Positions 38,645 through 48,153 of a stretch of 64,000 nucleotides of DNA are shown here, one piece after another. The number at the start of each line of letters is the position of its first letter. The stretch's first letter is position 1. The notes under the pieces were generated by a model, which saw only the letters and a list, made by a program, of their open reading frames with translations, searched no databases and was not told where the DNA came from. Origin of the DNA: Dehalococcoidia bacterium (lineage in GTDB: Bacteria > Chloroflexota > Dehalococcoidia > Lucifugimonadales > UBA3495). The translations under genes were made by a program, and so were the position numbers. Location: contig OY764869.1 in the NCBI GenBank assembly GCA_963668585.1, positions 3,147,106 through 3,211,105 of the forward strand, in the 5' to 3' direction.

Positions 38645-39973
38645 TCAGCGGGAATCCCTGACTATGGCTTCCAGTTCATCGGGGAGTTTGGGAATGCCGC
38701 CCGACAGGACGCGGCAACCGTCTTCGGTTACCAGCACGTCGTCCTCGATACGGATCCCGATTCCCCGGTAGGCTTCGGGAGCGCCCTTCGCCTGTGGGCC
38801 GAAGTAAAGGCCCGGCTCTACGGTCAGAACCATGCCGGGGCGCAAACGAATTTGGCCCCTGTCGTCGCGGTACGCTCCACAGTCATGCACGTCCAATCCC
38901 AGCCAGTGGGACGTGGCGTGCATGTAGTAATCGCGGTAACCGGCGTCGTTCAGAATCTGCTCTACATCGCCGCTCATGATGCCCAGATCCACAAGCCCCT
39001 GAATCAGGGTACGGGTGGCAACACGGTGAACGTCGTCGAACCCGACGCCGGGCTTCACGGAGGCGATGGCTTTCTCCTGGGCGTCCAGAACGATCTCGTA
39101 TGTCGCCCGCTGCGCCGGTGTGAACTCGCCGGACACGGGCCACGTGCGGGTGACATCTGCGGTGTAGTATCCGTATTCGGCGCCCGCGTCGATCAGGAGC
39201 AGATCCTCAGGTCCCAGCGCTTCCTCGTTACGGATGTAGTGCAAAACGCACGCGTTGGCTCCGCCTGCCACGATGGATGGGTACCCGTTGCGCGGTGAAC
39301 CCAAATGGCGGAAGGGACGCTCCAGGGCGGCCTGAACTTCGTACTCCGTGACACCGGGCGCGGCGGTCCGCATGGCGGCGTCAAAGCCCTCTGCAGTTAT
39401 GTCTATGGCGCGCTGCAGCAGCGCGATCTCATCGTCGGATTTGAACTGCCGCATGGACTCGATCTGAGCGGTCGGATCCTCGATCCGCCGCACACTCTTT
39501 GCGCCCCGTTGGGCCATGCGCCGGCGCTGCTTGATCAGGTTGGAAATGATGCCATCCACATGATCGTCGCTGCCCAGGGCGTAATATATGGTCTCGGAAT
39601 CTGCCAAAAGTCTGGGCAACTGTGTCTCCAGTTGTTCCAGTGGATAGGCAGCGTTGGCGCCCAGCGAACCCACGGCGCCGCGGACGCCGGCCCGCCGGCC
39701 AACCCAGATTTCGAACGTCGGGTCGTAAGGCCGCACGAACAACGTATAGGGAGTGCGCGACCCGGGGCGCAGAACCGCCACGGCGTCGGGTTCCTCGAAT
39801 CCGGTCAGATACCAGAAGGAGGACTGCTGGCGGTATTGGTGATCAACGTCGTTGTTGCGTGGCGAATCGTGCCCCGCCGCGATGACGATCGCTCCGCCAG
39901 TCATGGATTCCATCAGCCGGCGGCGACGGGAACGGAACTCGTTAGGGGACGTTGCCAATGGGTCATCGCTCAT
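38645..39973 (-). CDS. pepP: Xaa-Pro aminopeptidase (M24B)
   Basis: ORF track 38645..40000; ATG 39973 preferred. DAGAEYGYYTADVTRTWP, HATSHWLGLDVHD, TVEPGLY, IRIEDDV metal-ligand motifs. Confidence 0.9.
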   Translation of the reverse strand: MSDDPLATSPNEFRSRRRRLMESMTGGAIVIAAGHDSPRNNDVDHQYRQQSSFWYLTGFEEPDAVAVLRPGSRTPYTLFVRPYDPTFEIWVGRRAGVRGAVGSLGANAAYPLEQLETQLPRLLADSETIYYALGSDDHVDGIISNLIKQRRRMAQRGAKSVRRIEDPTAQIESMRQFKSDDEIALLQRAIDITAEGFDAAMRTAAPGVTEYEVQAALERPFRHLGSPRNGYPSIVAGGANACVLHYIRNEEALGPEDLLLIDAGAEYGYYTADVTRTWPVSGEFTPAQRATYEIVLDAQEKAIASVKPGVGFDDVHRVATRTLIQGLVDLGIMSGDVEQILNDAGYRDYYMHATSHWLGLDVHDCGAYRDDRGQIRLRPGMVLTVEPGLYFGPQAKGAPEAYRGIGIRIEDDVLVTEDGCRVLSGGIPKLPDELEAIVRDSR

Positions 39974-40265
39974 CTGTAAGATCCCAAGCAAATTGTGCAC
40001 AGATTTCGACCGCCGCCGATTATATCAGTGGGCCGCGTCACATCGCAATACTGCGGTGCCCCGACCGAAACGTAATCCGCTGTCTCGCGACGATTTCCCT
40101 TCACGCGAGGGCGTCGCTTTGGGTTGTATCCCCGAATAATGGATTCTGATATAATCGTCGCGCAACCGTGACAGCGTTAAATGTTCGCATGCGACCTGCC
40201 GCCGCAGTCTAGCGTCTGCGGGGGCGATTTTTCGGTTAGTTCATAGAATTGGGGAGCAGAGTGCA

Positions 40266-41552
40266 ATGCCGGCTTACGCCGTAATCGGAGGGCAATGGGG
40301 TGACGAGGGCAAGGGCAAGGTAATCGATTACCTTGCCGGTGAGTCCGATTGTGTAGTCCGCTACGCCGGCGGCAACAACGCCGGCCATACTGTGGTCAAT
40401 GAGCGCGGGGAATTTCAGTTGCACCTGGTGCCGTCCGGCATCTGTTGGCCCGGGGTCACCGGGATAATTGGCAACGGCGTCGTGGTGAATCCCGATGTGC
40501 TGCTGGGCGAAATCGCCGGACTCCAGGCACAGGGAATTGACACCAGCCGTCTCTTCATCAGCGACCGCGCCCATGTGATCATGCCGTACCATATCCTGCT
40601 CGACGCGTTGCAGGAACAGGCCCGCGGCCAGGGAGCCATCGGCACCACCGGCCAGGGAATCGGCCCCGCCTACGTTGACAAAGCCTCCCGGGACGGCATC
40701 CGCGTCGGCGACCTTCTGGATACCGCAAACCTGCCTGAAAAGATACACAACGCGGTTGCCATGAAAAACCGCGTCATCACCGGCGTGTTCAATGGCGAAC
40801 CCGTGGACGCCGATGAGGTGCTGGAACGCTGCATTGCTTGGGGCGAGCAACTGCGACCATCCGTCTGCGCCACCGAGCAAATGGTGCAGGACCTTTTGGA
40901 CCAGGGCAAGCGGGTGCTGTTGGAAGGGGCTCAGGGTACGCTGTTGGACCTGGATCACGGTTCATACCCTTACGTAACCTCATCGTCACCGTCAATCGGC
41001 GGCGCTATCACCGGTTTGGGCATCAATCCCCAATCCATCCAGGGGGTCGTGGGGGTTTTTAAAGCCTATTCCACTAGGGTGGGCGGCGGCCCAATGCCCA
41101 CGGAGATGCTCGGGCAGGCCGGCGAAGACCTGCGCGAAAAGGCTCACGAGTACGGCACCACCACCGGGCGCGCGCGCCGGGTGGGTTGGTTTGATGCTGT
41201 GGCCGCACGATACAGTCGGCAAATTAACGGTTTCACCGGCATGGTGCTGACCCGGTTGGACATCCTGGACGGAATGGAAGAAGTCAAAATCTGCGTCGGC
41301 TACCGCTCCGGCGATCAAACATTGGAGCGCTTCCCGGCAAATACTTCCCTGCTGCAAGAATGTGAACCTATCTATGAGAAGTGGGCCGGATGGCAGGATC
41401 CCACCGCCAGCGCAACCCAGACCCAACAGTTGCCAAAGAACGCTCTGGCCTATGTCCGCCGGATTGAGGAGTTGGTGGGTTGCGAGGCACAAATTATATC
41501 TACCGGACCCAGCCGTGAGGAAACCATAGCGATTAATCCCGTAATACACTAG
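40266..41552 (+). CDS. purA: adenylosuccinate synthase
   Basis: GGQWGDEGKGK, GNNAGHTV, GTTGQGIGPAY, TTGRARRVGW motifs. Confidence 0.95.
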   Translation: MPAYAVIGGQWGDEGKGKVIDYLAGESDCVVRYAGGNNAGHTVVNERGEFQLHLVPSGICWPGVTGIIGNGVVVNPDVLLGEIAGLQAQGIDTSRLFISDRAHVIMPYHILLDALQEQARGQGAIGTTGQGIGPAYVDKASRDGIRVGDLLDTANLPEKIHNAVAMKNRVITGVFNGEPVDADEVLERCIAWGEQLRPSVCATEQMVQDLLDQGKRVLLEGAQGTLLDLDHGSYPYVTSSSPSIGGAITGLGINPQSIQGVVGVFKAYSTRVGGGPMPTEMLGQAGEDLREKAHEYGTTTGRARRVGWFDAVAARYSRQINGFTGMVLTRLDILDGMEEVKICVGYRSGDQTLERFPANTSLLQECEPIYEKWAGWQDPTASATQTQQLPKNALAYVRRIEELVGCEAQIISTGPSREETIAINPVIH

Positions 41553-41643
41553 CAATATGACATATCAAATACTTATGATGTCATCGTAGCCTCGTGGGAT
41601 TCTCATCCTAAAACTATAACTCTGGCTACCCGGGAGGATAATC

Positions 41644-42204
41644 ATGGCCACAAACACCGTCCCCCAGGGAGGTGGTCCGGAAACGTCCGTATTCGGACGA
41701 TTTCTGGCGCCCGGAACCGACTGGTTTTATCTGGCGTTCCGACTGATCTTCGCACTTTTGGTTGCGCTGCACGGAGCGCAAAAGGCATTTCTCTTGTGGG
41801 GTTTTCCGGCGGGCGCCAACCCGAACGGTTTGGGCGCGCTGGTTGACGTCGCCGGTTGGGTCGAAATCATCGCGGCCCTCCTGATCGCCACCGGTGTCCT
41901 GACCCGCCTCGGAGCGGGAGCGTTGGTGGTCACAATGGTGGTGGCCTACTTCGGAGTGCACGGCGCTCTGAGCCCGGTATGGCCCTGGCCGCATCTGTAC
42001 CCAAACCCGCCCGGACCTTGGCCCGAAGCAATCACCTCTCAACTGCCCGCTGACGTCGCCGGAAACCTGGTGACCGGCAACGCTTTCGTTGCCCACGGCG
42101 GCGAAGTCACCATCCTGTGGTTCCTCTGCGCCGGCATCATCGGCGTGTTGGGCAGCCGCAGACTTGGTCTTGAACGTCTGATTCTGAAAAGGGAAATTCT
42201 ATGA
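41644..42204 (+). CDS. DoxX family membrane protein
   Basis: SD GGGAGG. FRLIFALLVALHGAQKAF and the pattern of hydrophobic segments are typical of DoxX. Confidence 0.8.
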   Translation: MATNTVPQGGGPETSVFGRFLAPGTDWFYLAFRLIFALLVALHGAQKAFLLWGFPAGANPNGLGALVDVAGWVEIIAALLIATGVLTRLGAGALVVTMVVAYFGVHGALSPVWPWPHLYPNPPGPWPEAITSQLPADVAGNLVTGNAFVAHGGEVTILWFLCAGIIGVLGSRRLGLERLILKREIL

Positions 42205-42434
42205 TGCAACAGCAAGCAGCGCGTTTCGGCATCTACTTCAATGCTGAACAAAACCAGGTGGTCCGCATCAACTCACCTTACTGGTTCCCACCGGAACCGG
42301 AATGGCAGAGGGTTACCGGAGAAGTGAACGCTACTCTGCTCGACCTTCGCAAGATGGTGGCCGAACAGGGACTTTCCCGTGAACCTGACGCGGTGACCTG
42401 GACCACGCTGCCCTTGCTGGAAGAGGACGCCTAG
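42201..42434 (+). CDS. hypothetical soluble protein (77 aa)
   Basis: Its ATG overlaps the DoxX stop (ATGA), suggesting translational coupling. No family recognised. Confidence 0.5.
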   Translation: MMQQQAARFGIYFNAEQNQVVRINSPYWFPPEPEWQRVTGEVNATLLDLRKMVAEQGLSREPDAVTWTTLPLLEEDA

Positions 42435-42457
42435 CATCGCCGGGACAATCTCCGGTA

Positions 42458-42979
42458 ATGGGTCCTGAATCGCCGGATCAATCCCCTGATCCGGTAAACG
42501 ATGCAGCCGACTACCCTCGCCCTGATGGGCGGCTGGGAAAGTTGGCTGCATCCAATCCTGCCCAGGCGCGTCGGTGGATGCGCTGGGGTTGGCTGGCAGC
42601 GTTGGCATGGTGGGTGTGGAACACCGGGCTGCTGCTGGTATGGATCGTCGCCTCCGTCATCCCGCCTGACGCGTCCACCGCCGGATCCGATCCGCCGTTT
42701 CCCGCCAGGATCATCATCTATCACGGGATTGAGGGATTCACGATTGGCCTGCTGGGGTTGGGCTTGAATATGCGGTGGCGACTGGCGGCCCTGCTGTTGC
42801 CGACGGTCTTCCTGATTACCAGGGTAATCGCACTGACACGATTGGAACCGCTGGCATTGGACGTTCGCGCCCTATGGGTGGTGGTCTATGTATTGATGTT
42901 TCTCCTGTTCGTGCGAGGGGCCCAGGGCGCGTTCAGCTACCACTGGTTCACCCATCCCACGTTCCCGGGGAACCGATAG
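42458..42979 (+). CDS. hypothetical membrane protein (about 4 TM)
   Basis: Disordered N-terminus, then a Trp-rich TM WMRWGWLAALAWWVWNTGLLLVWIV and three more hydrophobic spans. No family recognised. Confidence 0.55.
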   Translation: MGPESPDQSPDPVNDAADYPRPDGRLGKLAASNPAQARRWMRWGWLAALAWWVWNTGLLLVWIVASVIPPDASTAGSDPPFPARIIIYHGIEGFTIGLLGLGLNMRWRLAALLLPTVFLITRVIALTRLEPLALDVRALWVVVYVLMFLLFVRGAQGAFSYHWFTHPTFPGNR

Positions 42980-43025
42980 GCATCCAACCTGCGGGCCCAA
43001 CAAGCCGAAAAGTCGGCATGACAAC

Positions 43026-43052
43026 AAAAAAGGGCGGGAACATATCCCGCCC
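43026..43052 (-). terminator. intrinsic terminator for the LLM oxidoreductase gene
   Basis: On the minus strand: GGGCGGGA-TATGT-TCCCGCCC followed by TTTTTT, 32 nt after the stop at 43084. Confidence 0.65.
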
Positions 43053-43083
43053 CAATTGTTATCCGGCAAGCCGGTACACAGCG

Positions 43084-44244
43084 CTAACTGTCGTTGAACG
43101 CTGGCATTACGTCCTGCGCGAACCGGGCCAGTTGATCCTTGAACACCTCACGAGGCATTCCCATCACTGAACCAAGGTTGATGCGTTCCACGCCCGGATA
43201 CTTGGCCTCGGTTTCCTTCAGTTGATTGATCACATCGTCAGGGGAACCGCACAGCCAGGCTCCACTTTCGACCGCGCCCTCGATTGTGGGCAGTTGTACG
43301 CCACGGCGTAGGCCGGGATTGGCAACGGCTTCAATCTGTTCCGGCTGAAGCGCCATCAACCCCAACGGCGCGGCGAACTTCATGGCTTCCTCGAAGTAGG
43401 GGCGCGCCTCTTCAATCGCGGCCTCCCGATTCTTGCCCAGGAAGAAACGGTATCCAAGGGCGATGTCCTCGCCCAACTGCAGTTCGCGCCCGTAGCTTGC
43501 GGCCGCGTCCCGGTACATGTTCAAACGTTCGGCGAGCATCGGTTCCGGCGTGTTGGCCACCATCGCCTTGATTCCAACCCGGGCCATGAAATCCACGCCC
43601 TTGGGATTGCCCGACACCAGCGGTTGCCAGATGTCCACCGGGTCCTGTTTCGGGCGCGGCACCAGGCTCAGTTTTTCCAGCGTATAGCCCCGGTACGGTA
43701 CATTCGCCGGAATCTGATAGTGCTTGCCCTGATGGGAGAACGACTCCTGGCTGAAGGCTTTGACCATCACCTCGACCTGTTCCTCGAACATCTCCCGGTT
43801 GGCGTCGCCGTCAAACATCGGCGACCCAAAGGTCTCCACCTCGCGCGAGTGGTAGCCTCTCCCGACACCGAAGATGATGCGGCCGCCCGACAGGATATCG
43901 GCCATGGCAAAGTCTTCGGCCAGCCGCAGCGGATGCCACATCGGCGTGATGTTGAAACCGCAACCGTACTTCAACCGCTGGGTATTGCATGAGAGGTAGA
44001 GCCCCAGCATGATCAGGTTCGGGATGCACTCGTAGCCTTCCGGCTGGAAATGATGCTCGGCCATCCAGAACTCGTCATAGCCGTGCGCTTCCAGGTGCTT
44101 GGAGATGTCCAAAGCCCAATCGAAAACCCCGGCGAGTTCGTCGTTGGAATACCAGCGATCGTTGGCGGGCGTCCCGTCGAGGCCCAGATTATCGTCCACC
44201 ACATGGCCGGCGTATGATGCGCTAAAACTGTTGAACATGATCAA
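43084..44244 (-). CDS. LLM-class (luciferase-like) flavin-dependent oxidoreductase
   Basis: TTG start. YDEFWMAEHHFQPEGY, ILSGGRIIFGVGRGY, and length typical of the family. Confidence 0.9.
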   Translation of the reverse strand: MIMFNSFSASYAGHVVDDNLGLDGTPANDRWYSNDELAGVFDWALDISKHLEAHGYDEFWMAEHHFQPEGYECIPNLIMLGLYLSCNTQRLKYGCGFNITPMWHPLRLAEDFAMADILSGGRIIFGVGRGYHSREVETFGSPMFDGDANREMFEEQVEVMVKAFSQESFSHQGKHYQIPANVPYRGYTLEKLSLVPRPKQDPVDIWQPLVSGNPKGVDFMARVGIKAMVANTPEPMLAERLNMYRDAAASYGRELQLGEDIALGYRFFLGKNREAAIEEARPYFEEAMKFAAPLGLMALQPEQIEAVANPGLRRGVQLPTIEGAVESGAWLCGSPDDVINQLKETEAKYPGVERINLGSVMGMPREVFKDQLARFAQDVMPAFNDS

Positions 44245-44300
44245 TCATCCTTTTCGAAAGAGTTCCGGTGATTTGCGGCTCACGCGGCTGCGCCGATCGG

Positions 44301-46148
44301 TCAGGGCGCGACTTCAAAGAAGATCTCGCCAACCTTCTGGCCGCCATGGTAGGCATATGCCCAGTACAGACCGGTGGGCCAACGAAAGTCTGGTATAAAC
44401 CCGATACCTGCGAGCACCGCAATCGTCCCCGGCCGCCCGGCCGAGAAACCGACAGTCTCCACGGTGCGGTCAAGAACGAAGCCATCCTCGTAATACTCTA
44501 CGACCGCAAAATCCAGTTCAACATCGGCCGCCAGCGGCGCGGCGTGCGCTATGGTCAGGGCCATGAGATAACGACCCGAGATCCGAGACGCGGGGATGCT
44601 GAAGAATCCGTTGTGCGACTCGACGATTTGTCCCCTGGTGACCCTGATCAAATCAGTGCGGAGCACCTGCCCATTCACCGCCGGGATGACGGGGTTGACC
44701 GGACTCCGGTCGGTGAAAAGCACCGTTCCATAACGGCGGGCCAGGACGGCGTCGATCAATGCTGTCTCAACAGGGTTGCGCGCAGTGGCATGGAATGCCG
44801 CCAACATCCGATCAATGGCGGGTGCGCCGGATTCGGTTTCCTCGACAGTCACCCCGTAATCGGCCTGAATCAGCGAATGAAACGCTCGGAACCCGTCATA
44901 GAACTGCTCGTAGCGCAGAGTATTGAAAAGGTCCAGGTAGATTCTTTCCCCCAGCCAATAGTCGCAGATTTGCCCGTAGGAGCCGGCCTCCGGTTGCGCC
45001 AATTCAAGATGGAAGATGTTTTCGTAGTATGGGCACGGAATCCCGTCGGGGTCTCCATACCCTCCAACACGGTAGTGTTCAATGATCAAGGCCATGAAAT
45101 CGGCCGCGCCTTCGTCCACCCAGAGATCGATATCGTTGAACCAGTAATAATGCGCCACTTCGTGAGCGATCACCGCGGGGCCCACTGCGGCCAAACGGCT
45201 CATGGTACGGTCATCAACGTCCATTTCGGTCGGGATGGTGATGTTCGCGTACGTGTGGAACCCGCCGATGCCAGGGGGAAAACCATCCATCACCAGCACG
45301 GCCACATAATCGGTCCTCAAACCCTTGCCCATCATGATTTCGGCATACTCAACCGCGTGCTCGAACAACCCCATGGTGCTGGCGCCGCCCGATTGCGTTC
45401 GCACGATGGTGAACAGAATAGAGTCGGAATACGAGGTCTGAATTATCCGCTCCTCCAACCGGATCTGATCCGGGTCCAGGAGCACGTCAATCAGTTCGGG
45501 ATTCAAGATCCAGGGGCCGATCAGCACCGCGACGATTTTCGCCTCATCGTCTTCGATGCCGCCATTATCAGCAAGGTTGGGATTGTCAAGGACCGCGAAA
45601 AGCGTATCGATGTCCTCTTCGGCAAAAGCGGTCAGGACGTAGATGGCCTCCGTATCCGCCGTGCCGAAGGACTGCAGGAAGGGCATGGCCACGATGCGAG
45701 CGGCCGCTTCCGGGCTGAATTCGTCCAACTCCGCCAGCAGGTTGTACGCGAACCTCTCGTGGTCCGTAAGACCGTCGGCTACCCAGGGCAGTTCCAGGAT
45801 GCCTGGGGTAACTTTGGCGCTCACTCCGGCGACCCCAGGGTCAGGCGCGTCCTCGGATAACAGGCTGGCTCGGGCGGTCAGCGCCCGGAGGTTGGCCTGC
45901 GTCTCGAGCAGTCGGACGTCCGCCCCGGGGTGCAGTGAATGGGCAGATGGTATCCCGCCCGCAGCCACTGGAGCGTACACTCCGCGCGGCTGGTTGTAGA
46001 TTTCCCCTTCCTCCTCATCGATCATTTCCGTAGCTAACACCGGACCGATGTCGGGCGAATGAGCGAAAGCGGAATTGTGGGCATTGCCGAAGTACAGTAT
46101 GACCGCCGCAATCGCGATTGCGGCGGTGGTGAAAGAAATCTTCTTCAT
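44301..46148 (-). CDS. secreted putative zinc metallopeptidase (gluzincin-like HExxH...E)
   Basis: Signal peptide MKKISFTTAAIAIAAVILYFGNAHNSAFA; VIAHEVAHYYWFNDIDLWVDEGAADF. The large antisense ORF 44268..45860 is judged a shadow. Confidence 0.7.
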   Translation of the reverse strand: MKKISFTTAAIAIAAVILYFGNAHNSAFAHSPDIGPVLATEMIDEEEGEIYNQPRGVYAPVAAGGIPSAHSLHPGADVRLLETQANLRALTARASLLSEDAPDPGVAGVSAKVTPGILELPWVADGLTDHERFAYNLLAELDEFSPEAAARIVAMPFLQSFGTADTEAIYVLTAFAEEDIDTLFAVLDNPNLADNGGIEDDEAKIVAVLIGPWILNPELIDVLLDPDQIRLEERIIQTSYSDSILFTIVRTQSGGASTMGLFEHAVEYAEIMMGKGLRTDYVAVLVMDGFPPGIGGFHTYANITIPTEMDVDDRTMSRLAAVGPAVIAHEVAHYYWFNDIDLWVDEGAADFMALIIEHYRVGGYGDPDGIPCPYYENIFHLELAQPEAGSYGQICDYWLGERIYLDLFNTLRYEQFYDGFRAFHSLIQADYGVTVEETESGAPAIDRMLAAFHATARNPVETALIDAVLARRYGTVLFTDRSPVNPVIPAVNGQVLRTDLIRVTRGQIVESHNGFFSIPASRISGRYLMALTIAHAAPLAADVELDFAVVEYYEDGFVLDRTVETVGFSAGRPGTIAVLAGIGFIPDFRWPTGLYWAYAYHGGQKVGEIFFEVAP

Positions 46149-46168
46149 TATTATCCGATCTCGTGCTG

Positions 46169-47080
46169 TCAGGCGGTTGGGGGCGGCGCGGGAGCCGGGT
46201 TGTACAGCTCGATTCCAATGGTTGCAGGGAAAACGCCGGCGAGTTCGTCAACCGTCCACCGGCCTTGTTTGCGAATGGTCTTGACTGCCTCTGGTTCGTT
46301 TAGCAGCGTCACGAGGCCGCCCGTTACGTGGAACACGTGCCCGTTGACGTGCGCCGCCTCGTCCGAAGCCAACCACGTGACCATGGGCGCGACATCTTCG
46401 GCGTCGCCACGAAGCCCGCCTCCGGCGGCGATGCCTCGGGCCGACCTCAGCGCGCGAGCCTCGTCAGGGACGCTGGTGGTCATTCGGGTGCTGGCCGAAG
46501 GAGAAATCGCGTTGGCAGTCACACCGTAGCGTCCCAGATCGCGGGCGCACACCCTGGTGAATCCGGCGATACCATCCTTGGCGGCGCCGTAGTTGGCCTG
46601 TCCGCTGTTTCCGTAGAGTCCGGAGGTGCTGCTGAAGGTGATGATCCGGCCCGACCTTTGCTGCCGGAACAGAATGCTGGCGTGTTTGACCACGGTGAAG
46701 GTGCCCTTCAGATGTACCGCAATGACATCGTCCCACTCCTGCTCACTCATATTGAAAACCATTCGGTCGCGCAATATGCCGGCAACCGTAACGACTATGT
46801 CGAGTTTGCCGAAGTTGTCCATCGCGGTCTGGACGATTTTCTCTCCGCCATCCATGGTGGCGACTGATTCGGTGCAGGCCACGGCGTTTCCGCCATCCTC
46901 TTTGATCTCGTTGACCACCTGCTGCGCGACGGATATGTCCGCCCCGGTTCCGTCAACATTCACACCGAGGTCGCAGACCACGACGCTGGCGCCTTCCTGC
47001 GCCATCAATTTGGCGACGCCGCGGCCGATGCCACGGCCCGCGCCGGTGACGATTGCTACCTTGTCTTCTAGTAGGGGCAT
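46169..47080 (-). CDS. SDR family oxidoreductase (MFE-2/Hsd4A-like N-terminal type)
   Basis: TGAGRGIGRG cofactor motif; catalytic YGAAK; extended C-terminal region. Confidence 0.9.
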   Translation of the reverse strand: MPLLEDKVAIVTGAGRGIGRGVAKLMAQEGASVVVCDLGVNVDGTGADISVAQQVVNEIKEDGGNAVACTESVATMDGGEKIVQTAMDNFGKLDIVVTVAGILRDRMVFNMSEQEWDDVIAVHLKGTFTVVKHASILFRQQRSGRIITFSSTSGLYGNSGQANYGAAKDGIAGFTRVCARDLGRYGVTANAISPSASTRMTTSVPDEARALRSARGIAAGGGLRGDAEDVAPMVTWLASDEAAHVNGHVFHVTGGLVTLLNEPEAVKTIRKQGRWTVDELAGVFPATIGIELYNPAPAPPPTA

Positions 47081-47092
47081 TATGTTTTCCTT

Positions 47093-47128
47093 GGAGGTTT
47101 GCCGTTCAGAGGAGGTTTGCCGTTCAGA
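47093..47128. repeat. perfect 18-bp tandem duplication
   Basis: GGAGGTTTGCCGTTCAGA x2 (47093-47110, 47111-47128), 13 nt upstream (in the gene's sense) of the SDR start at 47080. Confidence 0.85.
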
Positions 47129-47181
47129 ACGACCAACGTCGCGTTTACCCGGCGTTTGTAATGCAGTCGGGTTGTGTGGTT

Positions 47182-48117
47182 TTACCGGGATTGAGCCGGA
47201 GCCGGATTGGGTATGTCAGCCGTCAGGTAGTTGCGGGCACGCTCCGAGATTTCGTCCATTTCCCAGTGCCCGGTTTCGTTCCAAATCGCGCGTTCCGGCC
47301 TGGGCTGGGACATCAGGGAGATCGTGTCTCCGTACACCAGGAAAGTTTGACCGTTGATGTTGGAGGCGTAATCGGAGGACAGGTAGCACACAAAGGGTGC
47401 GATGCCTTCCGGATCCAGATCGCGAATGTTTCCTTCGTCAGCATCGGAACCGGACAGCGACGCGACTCCGCCACGAGCGCGAATCTCGGCGGCGGAGTCC
47501 GGAATGGACCCAATCATCCGCGTGGTGGCGCGCGGAGCGATGGAATTGGCGGTAACCCCGTACCGACCCATATCCTTGGCCAGCACCTTGGTCATCCCGG
47601 CAATGCCGCTCTTGGCCGCGCCGTAGTTGGCCTGTCCGCTGTTGCCGACCAGGCCCGACTCACTGGTGAAGGTGACGATCCGGCCCGAGCGCTGCTGGCG
47701 GAACAGGATGCAGGCGTGTTTCACGACGGTGAAGGTGCCCTTCAGGTGGACCGCGATCACGTCGTCCCACTCCTGTTCAGTCATGTTGAACACCATGCGG
47801 TCGCGCAAAATGCCGGCGCAGGTCACGACGATATCCAGGCGCCCGAAGTTATCGATGGCGGTTTGCACGATATTTTCGCCGCCTTCCATCGACACGACCG
47901 ACTCGGTGCAGGCCACGGCCTTGCCGCCGGCGCCGGTTATCTCGTTGACCACCTGTTGGGCCACGGAGATGTCCTCGCCGGTCCCATCCACGTTGCCCCC
48001 GAGGTCGCAAACCACGACGCTCGCGCCTTCTTCAGCCATCAGTTTGGCCACGCCGCGGCCGATGCCGCGACCGGCGCCGGTAACGATGGCAACCTTTCCT
48101 TCCAGATTATTGGGCAT
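47182..48117 (-). CDS. SDR family oxidoreductase, paralogue of 46169..47080
   Basis: The N-terminal ~180 aa are nearly collinear with the neighbour (KVAIVTGAGRGIGRGVAKLMA.EGASVVVCDLG.NVDGTG); the C-terminal third diverges. Confidence 0.9.
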   Translation of the reverse strand: MPNNLEGKVAIVTGAGRGIGRGVAKLMAEEGASVVVCDLGGNVDGTGEDISVAQQVVNEITGAGGKAVACTESVVSMEGGENIVQTAIDNFGRLDIVVTCAGILRDRMVFNMTEQEWDDVIAVHLKGTFTVVKHACILFRQQRSGRIVTFTSESGLVGNSGQANYGAAKSGIAGMTKVLAKDMGRYGVTANSIAPRATTRMIGSIPDSAAEIRARGGVASLSGSDADEGNIRDLDPEGIAPFVCYLSSDYASNINGQTFLVYGDTISLMSQPRPERAIWNETGHWEMDEISERARNYLTADIPNPAPAQSR

Positions 48118-48153
48118 TGTTGCAGTGTCCTTTGACTTGACGGTTGGTTTTGG

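Noticed and set aside
38264-39298. A 344-aa plus-strand ORF starting in the pstS-pepP gap.
   Set aside because: Most of it is antisense to pepP, which has M24B motifs. It reads straight through a terminator hairpin and has no SD.
44268-45860. A 530-aa plus-strand ORF.
   Set aside because: It is antisense to the secreted HExxH protein, which has a canonical signal peptide and metal-binding motif. The plus-frame product is Arg/Gly/His-rich with no motifs.
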